Source: Flavobacteriales bacterium
Lineage (GTDB): Bacteria; Bacteroidota; Bacteroidia; Flavobacteriales_F; PHOS-HE28
Length of the DNA stretch: 64,000 nucleotides
NCBI GenBank assembly: GCA_044346705.1
Contig: JBIIYP010000019.1
Coordinates: 2,369 to 66,368, forward strand
Direction of reading: 5' to 3'
The notes beneath the pieces are model-generated. The model saw only the letters and a program-made list of their open reading frames with translations. It was not told the origin of the DNA and did no database searches. Positions 29,342-39,374 of this stretch are shown in pieces; the stretch's first letter is position 1; every line of letters begins with the position of its first letter. Made by a program: the position numbers and the translations under genes.

Positions 29342-29673
29342 GGGGAAGGAATGCGGAAAGGACGAGGAATGTTCGCCCGGGAGAGGCGGTGCCAAAGGTA
29401 GTGGTGGGCGGGGGGCTGATGAAGGACGATGGGCGACGGCGGATAGGCGATGAGCAATGGGTAAGGGCGAGCATGACTTTGCACCGCCTAGAGCGGTCCT
29501 CAAGCGTTCTTGATCGTACACGACGCTTGAGAACAGTGGGCCATGCCTGAACGGCGGGACAGACCTGTATATTCACGCAGAATGTTGTTCTGCGCTTTTT
29601 GCTGACTTCACGATCGAACGCCACCTTCGATCGCATGCCGGGGCAACACCGCTCCGGTCCAACACTGGAGCTG

Positions 29674-31152
29674 ATGGGAACACTGACGACCTCTCTGAAA
29701 CGTCGCATACGTGGCGTGATGGTATGGACAGCAGTTGGCTGCGGAATGATACCGAACCTAGGTTTTGCCCAAAGCCAACCAGCGTATGTACTGGAATGGC
29801 AGACCCACGATGCACCAGCCACCAAGCCACCAGGCAACGATTACTTGTGGAACTCTAACACCAACAGTCCGGTGTATACCCCGACGGCAAGGGCGAGCGC
29901 CATTCCGCAGACGCTTGATGAGAGTGGTGCAGATTGGTGGCATTCGGTGATACCCATCACACAGGGTGGTTCACCGGCGGGATATGTTGCGGTAGGCTAC
30001 ACATCGTTCGTGAACTGGGGCGTTAGCGACGGATGCTACAGTTACGCGCTGGCTACCTATCCCTCAACTGTCTTTAATCAGCGCTATGACCGAATGCGCG
30101 GCGCGATAAGGAATGCAGTCGCAAAGTACGACCTTGACGGAAACCTGATCTGGTACAAGTACTACTTCATGGAATCACTGTTCGATGTGATCCAGGATAG
30201 TAACGAAGACCTGGTGGTGACCGGTGAAGCAGGGAATTCGGTCCCGCTCGCCGACATGAACACCAGCATCCCGCTATTCCATAACCCTAGCTCATCGAAC
30301 CCGTCCCAAGCACTACAGACCACGGGTTGCACAACTGTAGCCCGTCATTGTTTGGTCATGAAGCTGGACCTTAGCGGAAATGTGCTTTGGCATTCCGTTT
30401 ATACACCGCTCCCTGGCTCGGCGACGTTGGCCCAGATAATGGCTTTGCGTAGTTCGGGCCAGAGCATAGTAGAGACCACGTTTGCTTCGGGTGCAGGTTA
30501 CCGTATAGTCGGCTTCGGGAATACGTCCACACCGCCAGAGGATGTGTTCATGCTGGATGTTGACATGAACGGCCAGGTGCTCGCCACGCAGATCCTGACG
30601 ACCTTCCCAACTGCTGTAAGTGCGAACAGTACGGCCGGCTTTAGCAGAGGGTTGCACATCGCACACACTACCATCGGTGGTGTTGAACATTATGCAATGT
30701 CCGGATTCAGAAAAACGGCTGCAGCTCCAACTCTGATGGATGCGTTCCTATGGGTTTTCACGGATGCAAGTACCTTGTTCTTCAAGGACACCAGGCAGAA
30801 TGCCAGTGAGGTTGGTTGCAATACGAGTTTGGAGCACCTGAGTTCGAGCTCTTGTTTCACGAACACCAGTAGTCCACAGGTCGTATGGTCAGTGCTCAGT
30901 GATCATACAACGGATGGGTCAACGCCTGGTAATCCATTCGCCGGCAGGAACCATCAAGCCATTGGCAAATTGATCAGTTACGACCTGAGTGGAACCCCCA
31001 CATGGGCCGCCCCGTTGGATCTTGGCGTTTCAAGAGGGTTGGAACTGCAGTTGGATCTGGAACCCTTGAATAATGGGGATATAGCTGTTTCCACTACAAA
31101 ATGGGCTCAGAGCCTTTCAGTAGCAAGCCCATTCGGTTATGCCAACTCTTAG
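29674..31152 (+). CDS. N-terminal portion of a T9SS-type secreted repeat protein. Has a signal peptide but no C-terminal sorting domain. It is probably the upstream half of a frameshifted gene.
   Basis: Signal peptide MGTLTTSLKRRIRGVMVWTAVGCGMIPNLGFAQS. Beta-propeller-like repeats. The ORF stops 14 nt after the next ORF starts in the +1 frame. Low-GC island. Confidence 0.5.
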   Translation: MGTLTTSLKRRIRGVMVWTAVGCGMIPNLGFAQSQPAYVLEWQTHDAPATKPPGNDYLWNSNTNSPVYTPTARASAIPQTLDESGADWWHSVIPITQGGSPAGYVAVGYTSFVNWGVSDGCYSYALATYPSTVFNQRYDRMRGAIRNAVAKYDLDGNLIWYKYYFMESLFDVIQDSNEDLVVTGEAGNSVPLADMNTSIPLFHNPSSSNPSQALQTTGCTTVARHCLVMKLDLSGNVLWHSVYTPLPGSATLAQIMALRSSGQSIVETTFASGAGYRIVGFGNTSTPPEDVFMLDVDMNGQVLATQILTTFPTAVSANSTAGFSRGLHIAHTTIGGVEHYAMSGFRKTAAAPTLMDAFLWVFTDASTLFFKDTRQNASEVGCNTSLEHLSSSSCFTNTSSPQVVWSVLSDHTTDGSTPGNPFAGRNHQAIGKLISYDLSGTPTWAAPLDLGVSRGLELQLDLEPLNNGDIAVSTTKWAQSLSVASPFGYANS

Positions 31153-34100
31153 CTCGGGGACTCAAACCTGCTTGAACAGTTCCACCGGGCTTGGGTTCGA
31201 TAGCAATGGGTCTGTATTAGGGGACGGTTTCTTCGGCGATGTATTCTACGGTACGTTGGACTGGTCCTCACCGTTCAACACCGCCTTGCCGCGCACCATG
31301 AGCAACAACGAATATTTCTATGGCTATTGGGGCACGGATAGTTACGTCCGGGTGATCGATGCGGCTACAGGTGCCATGAAATGGGAGTACCAGTGGGATG
31401 AGGGCACGGGTGCCTCGGCCACGAACTGCTACACGCAGAACTACCGCCAACGCCAGTGCAATTTCAAAGTGATCGAATCGCCATCGGATGGCGGCCTTGT
31501 GGTCTGTGGAAACGCGGGCTTCAACATGGACGATGCGTACCTGGCCAAGCTACGCCCGTGCGATCAGTTCGCTACCTACACGAATCTCTCCCTCGATGCG
31601 AACGGTGAGTACCACATCACTACGAACACCACGTGGAATACGAACCGGACGATCAAGGGCAAGATCGTGATCGACGCCGGAAAGACTTTGACGATCAATG
31701 GTGGTGCCGTCATCCGGTTCGCGGATACAAGACAGGTAGGTATCACCACGAACATCACGGTAATGCCAGGGGCTGGGCTGCAAGTTTCAGGTAGCGCCAT
31801 CCTGACCTCACTACAGTATTGTCCGTACAGCATGTGGGATGGCATCATCGTGTTGGGAAATCCTGCTGTTATCCAAACACCATCGAACCAAGGAACTGTC
31901 AGCATGTCGAACTCCTCCATTCGCAACGCGATGACGGGGATCTTAGCAGGCAATGTGGCGGACCCGATGGCCCCATACGCCGGAACGCCAACCCAGCAAG
32001 GCGGGCGTGTGTTCCTCACCAACGTCACGTTCAGGAATAACCTGCATGATGTGGTCCTGCATCCGTACACAAGCCTGTATCCTGTGCCACCGAACTCGCC
32101 GGATTACACTCCGACCCATGTCACAAGCTGTACGTTCGAAACCACCGGCCCGTTGAACTACTATTGGCTCACGCCGCAGGTGCATGTGTGGGCGAACGGA
32201 TACCCTCGGCTGAGGGTGCTGGGTTCCACCTTCCGGAACACCAGCGGCCTCAACCCAGCGACCCCCAATCTGTGGGGAAAAGGCCTTGTAGTGCAGCAAG
32301 GTTCATCCCAGGTCATTGTGAACAGCAGCAGTGTGGGCTGCACCTTCCAGAACCTGTCCTACGGCTTGTATTTCGACAACACGGTGGCGAGCAAGACCCT
32401 GGCGCTGCGCAACGCCACATTCTCGGGCTGTGGTGCAGGGGCCTATGTGGCGGGTACTGCTGTAGCCACCCTCGTGACCAACTCCTTCACGGTTCCGGAC
32501 CTCGACGTGAGCAGCATGGCAGGCCTGACTGCCGCGTATGGCTTGTATGTTGACCAGTGTACGGGCTTTGGGTATGAGAACAATGACTTCGACGGACCTG
32601 GGCCTTTGGCCACAGATCCCTCAGTTGGCGCGGTCTTCAACGCCACTGGCCCGGCGAGCAACGTGTACTACAACAACCGCTTTGATGGGTTCTCCACGGG
32701 CACCATCATTATGGGCTCTAATGATGGTCCTGTTCCAGATGATGGGCTCCACATCAAGTGCAACGACTACAGCCAGACCACGGCCAACCAAATTGATGTG
32801 GCTTTTACGACAAGTAGCGTCACTGTGGGTGATCAACAGGGTTCCTTGATCGGTCTGGATGGTCCAGCAGGGAATACATTCCGACCGAATTATTCTTGTG
32901 TCACTCCAGGCCCGAACACGGAGGAACATTTTGAGGTGGACATTGGAGGTATCAATACGTTCAACTACGTTCACCATGCCCCACTTACCACCGTGCAACT
33001 CGTACCCGAATGTGCTGCTTCTCCAATTGTTCCGGCCGGCCTGGGGACTTGGTACACGAACTCAACGCTATCGTATACGAAGAGCCAAGCATGTCCAAAC
33101 AGCTTTTTGGTTGATGGCGGAGGCGAAGAAATGTTCGTAGCAGCTGCGGCGGAATCGGAAGGGCTCGTTCTACGCGAGGTGTACGAGGATTGGAAGGATG
33201 GTGGGGATACGGAGGGGCTCAAAGCGTTTGTCGCGGATCCAAACCATGATAGCTATGCGCTGCGCAACCAGCTTATGCTGTTAGCCCCGAAGGTGAGTGA
33301 CGAAGTCTGGGTATCGGTATTTAATCGGGTTCCTTCCATGAATCCTTGGCACATGGCTCAGGCACTGATCGCTAACAGCCCCCTGAGCGCAGAATCCTAC
33401 CATTTAATGGAAGCGTCGGAGCTGGTGCCGTACTATCAGCAGTTGGTGGCGGATGCGCAGAACGGTAGTGTGAACATGCAGAGCATAATGGAGAGCGAAC
33501 TAGCTCATTTCCATCAACAAAAGGCCAGCGCCCTACATGCGCTTACGAGTGAAGCTTTGTTGGATAGCGTGCCAGGCGGGCTGGGCAGCGCCTTGCTGGC
33601 TTTGGAGCTTTACCCTTTGCATGCATATGATCACGATGCGCTGGCTTTGGCCGTACATAACGGTGATCTGGGTACGGCGAACGCTTTGGTTGATCAAGGC
33701 CTGAGTGAGGGCTTGATCCCAGAGTATTACGAAGTACAGGAGCTTTTGCTTGGCACGCTCGAGAACGGCCAAGGAATGCATGTGTTGGATGCGGGCCAAG
33801 TGCAAAACTTGGAGGCCATTGCCGACATGGAGGTGTATGGCTCGGCCCATGCGAAGGCTTGGCTCCGGAGTTTGGGCCATGCCACAGAGGTTGAACGTAT
33901 CGTACTACCTCATTCAACGCGGAGCTTGGCGGCTGTGAATGGCGCGAATGTCGCTGAACAGATGGTGGCACTGCAAGTGCAGCCTAACCCGAACGACGGA
34001 CATGCGGTTGTTGCTGTTAGGATCCCAGCCGGGGTGGAACACGCTACGATCAAGGTTTGGGACCCCATTGGCCGCCTTGTGGCAGAGAAACTCATCGCAG

Positions 34101-34213
34101 GAGGGCAACCGCTGGTTGATCTGCCCACCCTGCAGGTGTCCGGCTTGTACGTGGCGGTGCTGTATCTCGATGGAGTATTGGCCCAAACCGCCAAGTTCCA
34201 AGTAGTGCGTTAG
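31139..34213 (+). CDS. C-terminal portion of a T9SS cargo protein. It has a right-handed beta-helix (pectate-lyase-like) region and a T9SS C-terminal sorting domain. It has no signal peptide of its own.
   Basis: Parallel beta-helix-like repeats (TINGGAVIRFADTRQVGITTNITV...). The C-terminus ... LYVAVLYLDGVLAQTAKFQVVR is a Por_Secre_tail-type CTD. The absence of an N-terminal signal peptide argues for fusion with the upstream ORF. Confidence 0.5.
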   Translation: MPTLSSGTQTCLNSSTGLGFDSNGSVLGDGFFGDVFYGTLDWSSPFNTALPRTMSNNEYFYGYWGTDSYVRVIDAATGAMKWEYQWDEGTGASATNCYTQNYRQRQCNFKVIESPSDGGLVVCGNAGFNMDDAYLAKLRPCDQFATYTNLSLDANGEYHITTNTTWNTNRTIKGKIVIDAGKTLTINGGAVIRFADTRQVGITTNITVMPGAGLQVSGSAILTSLQYCPYSMWDGIIVLGNPAVIQTPSNQGTVSMSNSSIRNAMTGILAGNVADPMAPYAGTPTQQGGRVFLTNVTFRNNLHDVVLHPYTSLYPVPPNSPDYTPTHVTSCTFETTGPLNYYWLTPQVHVWANGYPRLRVLGSTFRNTSGLNPATPNLWGKGLVVQQGSSQVIVNSSSVGCTFQNLSYGLYFDNTVASKTLALRNATFSGCGAGAYVAGTAVATLVTNSFTVPDLDVSSMAGLTAAYGLYVDQCTGFGYENNDFDGPGPLATDPSVGAVFNATGPASNVYYNNRFDGFSTGTIIMGSNDGPVPDDGLHIKCNDYSQTTANQIDVAFTTSSVTVGDQQGSLIGLDGPAGNTFRPNYSCVTPGPNTEEHFEVDIGGINTFNYVHHAPLTTVQLVPECAASPIVPAGLGTWYTNSTLSYTKSQACPNSFLVDGGGEEMFVAAAAESEGLVLREVYEDWKDGGDTEGLKAFVADPNHDSYALRNQLMLLAPKVSDEVWVSVFNRVPSMNPWHMAQALIANSPLSAESYHLMEASELVPYYQQLVADAQNGSVNMQSIMESELAHFHQQKASALHALTSEALLDSVPGGLGSALLALELYPLHAYDHDALALAVHNGDLGTANALVDQGLSEGLIPEYYEVQELLLGTLENGQGMHVLDAGQVQNLEAIADMEVYGSAHAKAWLRSLGHATEVERIVLPHSTRSLAAVNGANVAEQMVALQVQPNPNDGHAVVAVRIPAGVEHATIKVWDPIGRLVAEKLIAGGQPLVDLPTLQVSGLYVAVLYLDGVLAQTAKFQVVR

Positions 34214-34224
34214 TGCTTTTGCAC

Positions 34225-35781
34225 ATGAACGTACTGAAATGGTCAATGATCGTGGTGCTGAGCCATGGCCTCCATTTGGAGGCCGTGGCTCAGTCCATGT
34301 TTAACCGCCGCTTCGACCCAACTGGAAATTATCTGGCCGAGACGGCATGGAGTGTCGAAGAGCGTGTTGGTGGCTACTTGGTCTTCGGCAACGGCGACTG
34401 GGTTTGGGTGGAAGATTCCATTGCGTACTATACCTCATCGGTACTATGGAACCTGGCCTTGGACTACCAAGGGCTACTCGTGGAACAGCATCAGTACTGG
34501 GACAGCACCAGGGCCGACTATCCCGGTTTTTCTGGTAGCGCGATCAAGCTTGCAAATGGCAACTATGTGCTGGCCGGTAGCAACTATCAGATGGATGGAA
34601 CCCAGGCACCGACCATCTACTTCATCGGTGCCATGGGAGCAGTGGATAGCATAAAGAGTTACGGTGTACAGGGAGAAGAGTGGATCGGAAGGCAGGTTAA
34701 GCAATGCCGGGACGGAAGCTTCGTGTCCGCTGGGAATAATGGAACTCCTTCCATAGCGGACGGTTTTTTGATCAAAACCGATCCTGCCGGTGAGCAGGAA
34801 TGGGTGCAGACCTATGGTGGACCTGGTGTCGATGTATTGACTTCGTTGGATACCTTGGGTACTGAGGTCTATTTGGGTGGACAATGGGACATTCAGAGCG
34901 GCGATGCACAGCTGTGGGTGCAACGCGTGGACCAACTTGGGGCCGTTGTGTGGGTGGTACTTTGGGGCAGCCCTTTCAGTGATTACCTAGCGACCATTTC
35001 CACCTTGGCGAACGGTCATGTGCTTGTTGCTTCCGGTTGGGCGTATGGACCGAACTTTGGGCAATTGCGCCCCTCTTTGGCGGTGCTTGATTCAGCGGAC
35101 GGAAGCATTATATGGCAGCAGCAGTATGATGAACCAGCTTTTGAAAGCACCCTATTTGCTGCCAAGGAAATAACCCCCGGGGGTGACCTCATTACTGTAG
35201 GGCAGAGCTACGTTTCTGCGCCATCGCGAGGAATTCTTCTGCGCACCACCACATTGGGTGACAGCCTTTGGATGCGCTATTTCGAATACAGTGATAGTAT
35301 TATGAACCGAGGCCGGGGGTGGCTAAGGGATGTGATCACAACGAGCGATGGTGGTTTCATAGCCGTTGGGTCAGCTGGCGGCTTGAGCAACGACCCCAAC
35401 GACCCTCCCGCCTATAGCCAAGATCTGTGGGTGATCAAGACCGATAGCCTGGGCTGCCTTGTACCCGGCTGCGACCTGATCACGGGCCTAAACAGCCAGG
35501 TGACCAATTTGCGCGATGCGCTCACCCTTTGGCCCAACCCCACGGCGGGCCCGTTGGAGGTGAAGATCGCACTGCCTGGCAGTGGCCCTAAAGAAAGCCC
35601 TCTGCGCATTGTGGTCACCAGCTTGGATGGGCGCTTGGTTCAGGAACGGAACCTGCCCGCCGAACGCAACCAACTGGTGCGACTTGATCTTAGCCAGGAA
35701 GCGGCAGGGATCTATAGTGTTCACTTGGTGGAAGGGGGGCGGTGGTTGGCAGGGGTGAAGGTGGTGGTGGGTCAGCGCTAG
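34225..35781 (+). CDS. T9SS-secreted repeat (beta-propeller-like) protein.
   Basis: Signal peptide MNVLKWSMIVVLSHGLHLEAVAQS. Repeated DGxFIxxG ... WLIKTD ... W ... YGG-type modules. C-terminal T9SS sorting domain ... GIYSVHLVEGGRWLAGVKVVVGQR. Confidence 0.6.
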   Translation: MNVLKWSMIVVLSHGLHLEAVAQSMFNRRFDPTGNYLAETAWSVEERVGGYLVFGNGDWVWVEDSIAYYTSSVLWNLALDYQGLLVEQHQYWDSTRADYPGFSGSAIKLANGNYVLAGSNYQMDGTQAPTIYFIGAMGAVDSIKSYGVQGEEWIGRQVKQCRDGSFVSAGNNGTPSIADGFLIKTDPAGEQEWVQTYGGPGVDVLTSLDTLGTEVYLGGQWDIQSGDAQLWVQRVDQLGAVVWVVLWGSPFSDYLATISTLANGHVLVASGWAYGPNFGQLRPSLAVLDSADGSIIWQQQYDEPAFESTLFAAKEITPGGDLITVGQSYVSAPSRGILLRTTTLGDSLWMRYFEYSDSIMNRGRGWLRDVITTSDGGFIAVGSAGGLSNDPNDPPAYSQDLWVIKTDSLGCLVPGCDLITGLNSQVTNLRDALTLWPNPTAGPLEVKIALPGSGPKESPLRIVVTSLDGRLVQERNLPAERNQLVRLDLSQEAAGIYSVHLVEGGRWLAGVKVVVGQR

Positions 35782-35837
35782 TGCATGCCTGCTACCTTTG
35801 CCGTCCGCCTTCGCCACCAGGCTTCGGCGCGCCACGC

Positions 35838-36803
35838 ATGATCGTTGTCACCGGAGCCGCGGGCTTCATCGGAAGCTGCCTCGTTGCCGAACTGCTGGAG
35901 CAGGGCTGGCAGGACATCGTGGCGGTGGATGAATTCAGCCGCGCGGACAAGGCGCCCAACCTGAACGGCAAGAAGCTCACCGCGAAAGTTCACCGCGAGG
36001 AGTTCTTCACCTGGCTGGATGAGAACGAGCGCTTCGTGCAGTTCATCTTCCACCTGGGCGCCCGCACCGACACCACCGAGTTCAACAGGGCGATCTTCGA
36101 CGAGCTGAACGTGCACTACAGCCAGCGCATGTGGCAGGCCTGCGTGAAGTACGGCATCCCGCTGGTGTACGCCAGCAGCGCGGCCACCTACGGCGGCGGT
36201 GAACTGGGCTATGCCGATGACCATGCCTTGGTGCCGAAGCTGAAGCCGCTGAACCCCTATGGCGAGAGCAAGAACACCTTCGACCAGTGGGCGCTGCAAC
36301 AGGAACAGCAGCCGTACTTCTGGGCCGGCCTGAAGTTCTTCAACGTGTATGGCCCGAACGAATACCACAAGGGCCGCATGGCGAGCGTGGTGTTCCACGG
36401 CTTCAACCAGATCACGGCCACGGGCGGCGTGAAGCTTTTCCGCAGCCACCGGCCGGACTATGCCGATGGCATGCAGCTGCGCGACTTCGTATACGTGAAG
36501 GATGTGTGCAGCGTCTGCCTCTTCCTGATGGAACACCGGAAGGACAGTGCCATCTACAACCTTGGCAGTGGCACCGCACGCGCCTTCCTCGATCTTTCAA
36601 AGGCCACCTTCGCGGCGATGGAAAGGCCCGAGCGCATTGAGTTCATCGACACGCCGATCGACATCCGCGACAAGTACCAGTATTTCACCGAGGCGAAGAT
36701 GGAGAAGCTGAAGGGGATCGGATACAGCAAGCCCTTCCACACGTTGGAAGAAGGCGTGACCGACTACGTGCGGAACTACCTGATGCTGGCGAAGTATCGT
36801 TAA
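35838..36803 (+). CDS. hldD: ADP-L-glycero-D-manno-heptose 6-epimerase.
   Basis: MIVVTGAAGFIGS ... YGESK ... FFNVYGPNEYHKGRMASV are HldD/RfaD hallmarks, ~320 aa. Confidence 0.8.
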   Translation: MIVVTGAAGFIGSCLVAELLEQGWQDIVAVDEFSRADKAPNLNGKKLTAKVHREEFFTWLDENERFVQFIFHLGARTDTTEFNRAIFDELNVHYSQRMWQACVKYGIPLVYASSAATYGGGELGYADDHALVPKLKPLNPYGESKNTFDQWALQQEQQPYFWAGLKFFNVYGPNEYHKGRMASVVFHGFNQITATGGVKLFRSHRPDYADGMQLRDFVYVKDVCSVCLFLMEHRKDSAIYNLGSGTARAFLDLSKATFAAMERPERIEFIDTPIDIRDKYQYFTEAKMEKLKGIGYSKPFHTLEEGVTDYVRNYLMLAKYR

Positions 36804-36845
36804 AGACCTGCTTGGTCCTTTTCGCGACTCCGGTCCCGGCTTTCG

Positions 36846-36950
36846 CCGGGATGACCGCCCGGAGTGACATCCGGAATTGAATGAAGTTGTCACTCCGGCC
36901 TTGAGCCTGCCTGACCGGTAGGCAGGCCGCAGTCGCGTGATTGCCGGTGT
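36846..36950. terminator. Two stem-loops between convergent hldD and the FkbM gene (ggagtgaca...tgtcactcc and cctgcctga...taggcagg).
   Basis: Inverted repeats seen directly. No strong U-tract, so the terminator role is inferred from position only. Confidence 0.3.
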
Positions 36951-36953
36951 CGT

Positions 36954-37826
36954 TCAGCGGGTCAACGCCGGAAAGATCGCGGTCACCTCGGCCACGCGTT
37001 CCTTGGGGATCAGCAGGTGATCACTGAGCGCCTGGCTGGACCAGATGCCGAAGCCGTCGATGCGTTCCAAGCGGGTACCCTGCTCCGTCTTGTGGATGCG
37101 GTGGATCTCCAGTTCGCTGCGCTGACAGATGGCCTCGATGGCCCGGTGGCGCTCGGGTCTTCCGGCCATGGGCGGATCGTAGGTGGGCAGCACCTCCACC
37201 ACGGTGATCGGGCGGTCGCTCTTGAGCCGTGGTTCCAACTGCTGCAGCACGGCGAGCTCGCTGCCCTCCACATCGATCTTCACGAAGCCGAGCTTACCGA
37301 TGGGCGTGTTCTTTTCCACAGTGGCCCAGGTCATGAGCTGCACGGGGATCTCCCGCTGGTCCGGCCGCTTGTCGCGGAAGTCGCTGATGAGCGTTGCGCT
37401 GGGATCGCTGGCGATGCCGGTCCACAGCACCAGTTCACCGGCACCGTCCGTATCGGTGAGGCCTGCGTTGATGAGCCGGATGGCCTTGGATCCGTTGTTG
37501 CGGATGAGGCGTTGCGTGTAGGCCACGCAGTTGGGGTTCGGCTCGAAGCCGATGTAGTCGATGTCCGGGAAGGCGCTCTTGGCCTTGATCAGTGTCTGGC
37601 CCAGGTTCACGCCCACGTCCACGAAGGCCCCGGGGAAGAGGGGTACGAGCCGGCGGATCAGCTCGTCCATGAAGGGCTCGAAGTCGATGACGTAGATGAA
37701 GCCCATGCCCTTGACCATGGGCACCTTCACGGTGCGGCCGCTGAGGTGCATCGGCACGTCGAAGGTGAGGCGGTCCAACAGCCCGGCCTTGCGGAGGGCG
37801 CGTACGCCGTAGCGGGAGAGGATCAT
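36954..37826 (-). CDS. FkbM family methyltransferase.
   Basis: VDVGVNLGQT ... IGFEPNP ... FVKIDVEGSEL motifs typical of FkbM-domain SAM methyltransferases. Confidence 0.7.
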   Translation of the reverse strand: MILSRYGVRALRKAGLLDRLTFDVPMHLSGRTVKVPMVKGMGFIYVIDFEPFMDELIRRLVPLFPGAFVDVGVNLGQTLIKAKSAFPDIDYIGFEPNPNCVAYTQRLIRNNGSKAIRLINAGLTDTDGAGELVLWTGIASDPSATLISDFRDKRPDQREIPVQLMTWATVEKNTPIGKLGFVKIDVEGSELAVLQQLEPRLKSDRPITVVEVLPTYDPPMAGRPERHRAIEAICQRSELEIHRIHKTEQGTRLERIDGFGIWSSQALSDHLLIPKERVAEVTAIFPALTR

Positions 37827-38194
37827 GCGTCGAGGGTCTCGTAGCGCGGCTCCTTCGCGTCGAGCTGCGTGCGCAACGCGAGCAGTTCGGTCCGGATACG
37901 TAGAAGACGTTCGCGCACGTCGGTGGTGGCGTCCACCTGTTTCACGGCCCCCCGCAGGTGGTCCTTGGCGCCCTGGATGGTGAAGCCGCGGTCCTTCAGC
38001 AGCTCGTGGATGGTGCGCACGATGCGGATGTCGTCCTGCGTGTAGAGGCGGTCGCCCTTGTTGGTGCGCTTGGGTCGGAGCATGCCGAACTCCTTCTCCC
38101 AGTAGCGCAGCATGCTGGTGTTCACGTCCAGCTGCTCGGCCACCTCACCGATGGTCCAGTATAACTTGCCGATGGTCTTCTCCTTCAGGGGCAT
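37823..38194 (-). CDS. MerR family transcriptional regulator.
   Basis: N-terminal HTH YWTIGEVAEQLDVNTSMLRYWEKEFG and a C-terminal coiled coil. Its stop overlaps the FkbM start (ATGA). Confidence 0.8.
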   Translation of the reverse strand: MPLKEKTIGKLYWTIGEVAEQLDVNTSMLRYWEKEFGMLRPKRTNKGDRLYTQDDIRIVRTIHELLKDRGFTIQGAKDHLRGAVKQVDATTDVRERLLRIRTELLALRTQLDAKEPRYETLDA

Positions 38195-38230
38195 GAACAG
38201 GGTGCCGAAGATAATCGCTTGATCGGGAGC

Positions 38231-39199
38231 TCAGTCAAGCGACTGGTTCGCATTGCGGGAAAGCTCCAACATGCGCACGTATTCCTCGGGTGTGAGGTCG
38301 TTGAAGAAGAAGTTGGCGGGGTCGATGGGTGCGCCGTTCTTGTGCACCTCGTAGTGCAGGTGGGGCCCTGCGCTGAGGCCGGTGTTGCCCACGTAGCCGA
38401 TCAGGTCGCCGCGCTTCACCTTCTCGCCGCGCCGCACCTTCAATTGGTCCATGTGGCCGTAAAGGGTCTTGTAGTCGAAGCCGTGGTCGATGATCACGTG
38501 GATGCCATAGCCGTTGGTGGCGTAGTCAGCGAACTCCACGATGCCGTCGCCGGTGGCGTGGATCTCGGTGCCCACGGGGCTGGTGAAGTCCATGCCGGCG
38601 TGCATCTTCACGATCTTATGGATGGGGTGCAGGCGCTGCCCATAGCCGGAACTGATCGCGGTCTGGTCCGTGGGGATCGGCTGTACGGAAGGGATGCTGG
38701 CGAGCATCTCCTGTTTGCGCAAGGTGAGCGAGGCCACCTCGTCGAGCGACACGCTTTGCACATAGAGCTGCTTGGTGAGCTGATCCAGGCGTTGGCGTGT
38801 GGCCATGATCATGTCGCTGCTGGCATAGTCCGCCAGGTCCTTGTAGCGTTTGCTGCCGCCAAAGCCTGCGCGGCGCACATCGGCGGGAATGGGGTCCGCC
38901 TCGAAGATCACACGGTACACGTTGTCGTCACGCCGCCGCACATCGGCCAGTACCCGCTCGAACTCGCCCATCTGCTTGTTGATGAGCTCGTACTGCACGT
39001 GCATCTGCTGTATCTCGCGCCGCATGCGGGCCTCCTTGGGCGAGTCGATGAACTGGTAGGTGATGGCGATGCCCGCCAGCCCCAGCAGCAGACCTGGGGT
39101 GAGCGCCAGGGCCGTTCGCTTCACGCGCTGCCACCCCGTGATGCGGATCCGCTCGAAGTTGAGCGTCTGGGGGTTGAAGCGGTATTTCTGCTCGCGCAT
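38231..39199 (-). CDS. M23 family metallopeptidase (LytM-like) with an N-terminal TM and coiled coil.
   Basis: HAGMDFTSPVGTEIHATGDGIV ... GHMDQ ... GNTGLSAGPHLHYEV zinc-binding motifs. Confidence 0.8.
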   Translation of the reverse strand: MREQKYRFNPQTLNFERIRITGWQRVKRTALALTPGLLLGLAGIAITYQFIDSPKEARMRREIQQMHVQYELINKQMGEFERVLADVRRRDDNVYRVIFEADPIPADVRRAGFGGSKRYKDLADYASSDMIMATRQRLDQLTKQLYVQSVSLDEVASLTLRKQEMLASIPSVQPIPTDQTAISSGYGQRLHPIHKIVKMHAGMDFTSPVGTEIHATGDGIVEFADYATNGYGIHVIIDHGFDYKTLYGHMDQLKVRRGEKVKRGDLIGYVGNTGLSAGPHLHYEVHKNGAPIDPANFFFNDLTPEEYVRMLELSRNANQSLD

Positions 39200-39374
39200 G
39201 GCGGGCCCGAAAATAGATGTCCCCAGGACCCGGAAGGTCAGGGGCCGTGGGAGGTGACCGTTAAAGATCGCAAATCCGGCCGGTTCAGGCCGTGCCGGGG
39301 AGGCTTCGCCGGGTCCGCGCCAAGTGCGACCTTTGCCGCTTGCCTGCCGGTTAGCAGGCGCTTTTTCCAACGTC

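Noticed and set aside
29342-29600. Possible preQ1 or THF riboswitch upstream of the queD-folE operon.
   Set aside because: No conserved riboswitch core motif is recognisable in the leader. Only generic GC-rich sequence is present.
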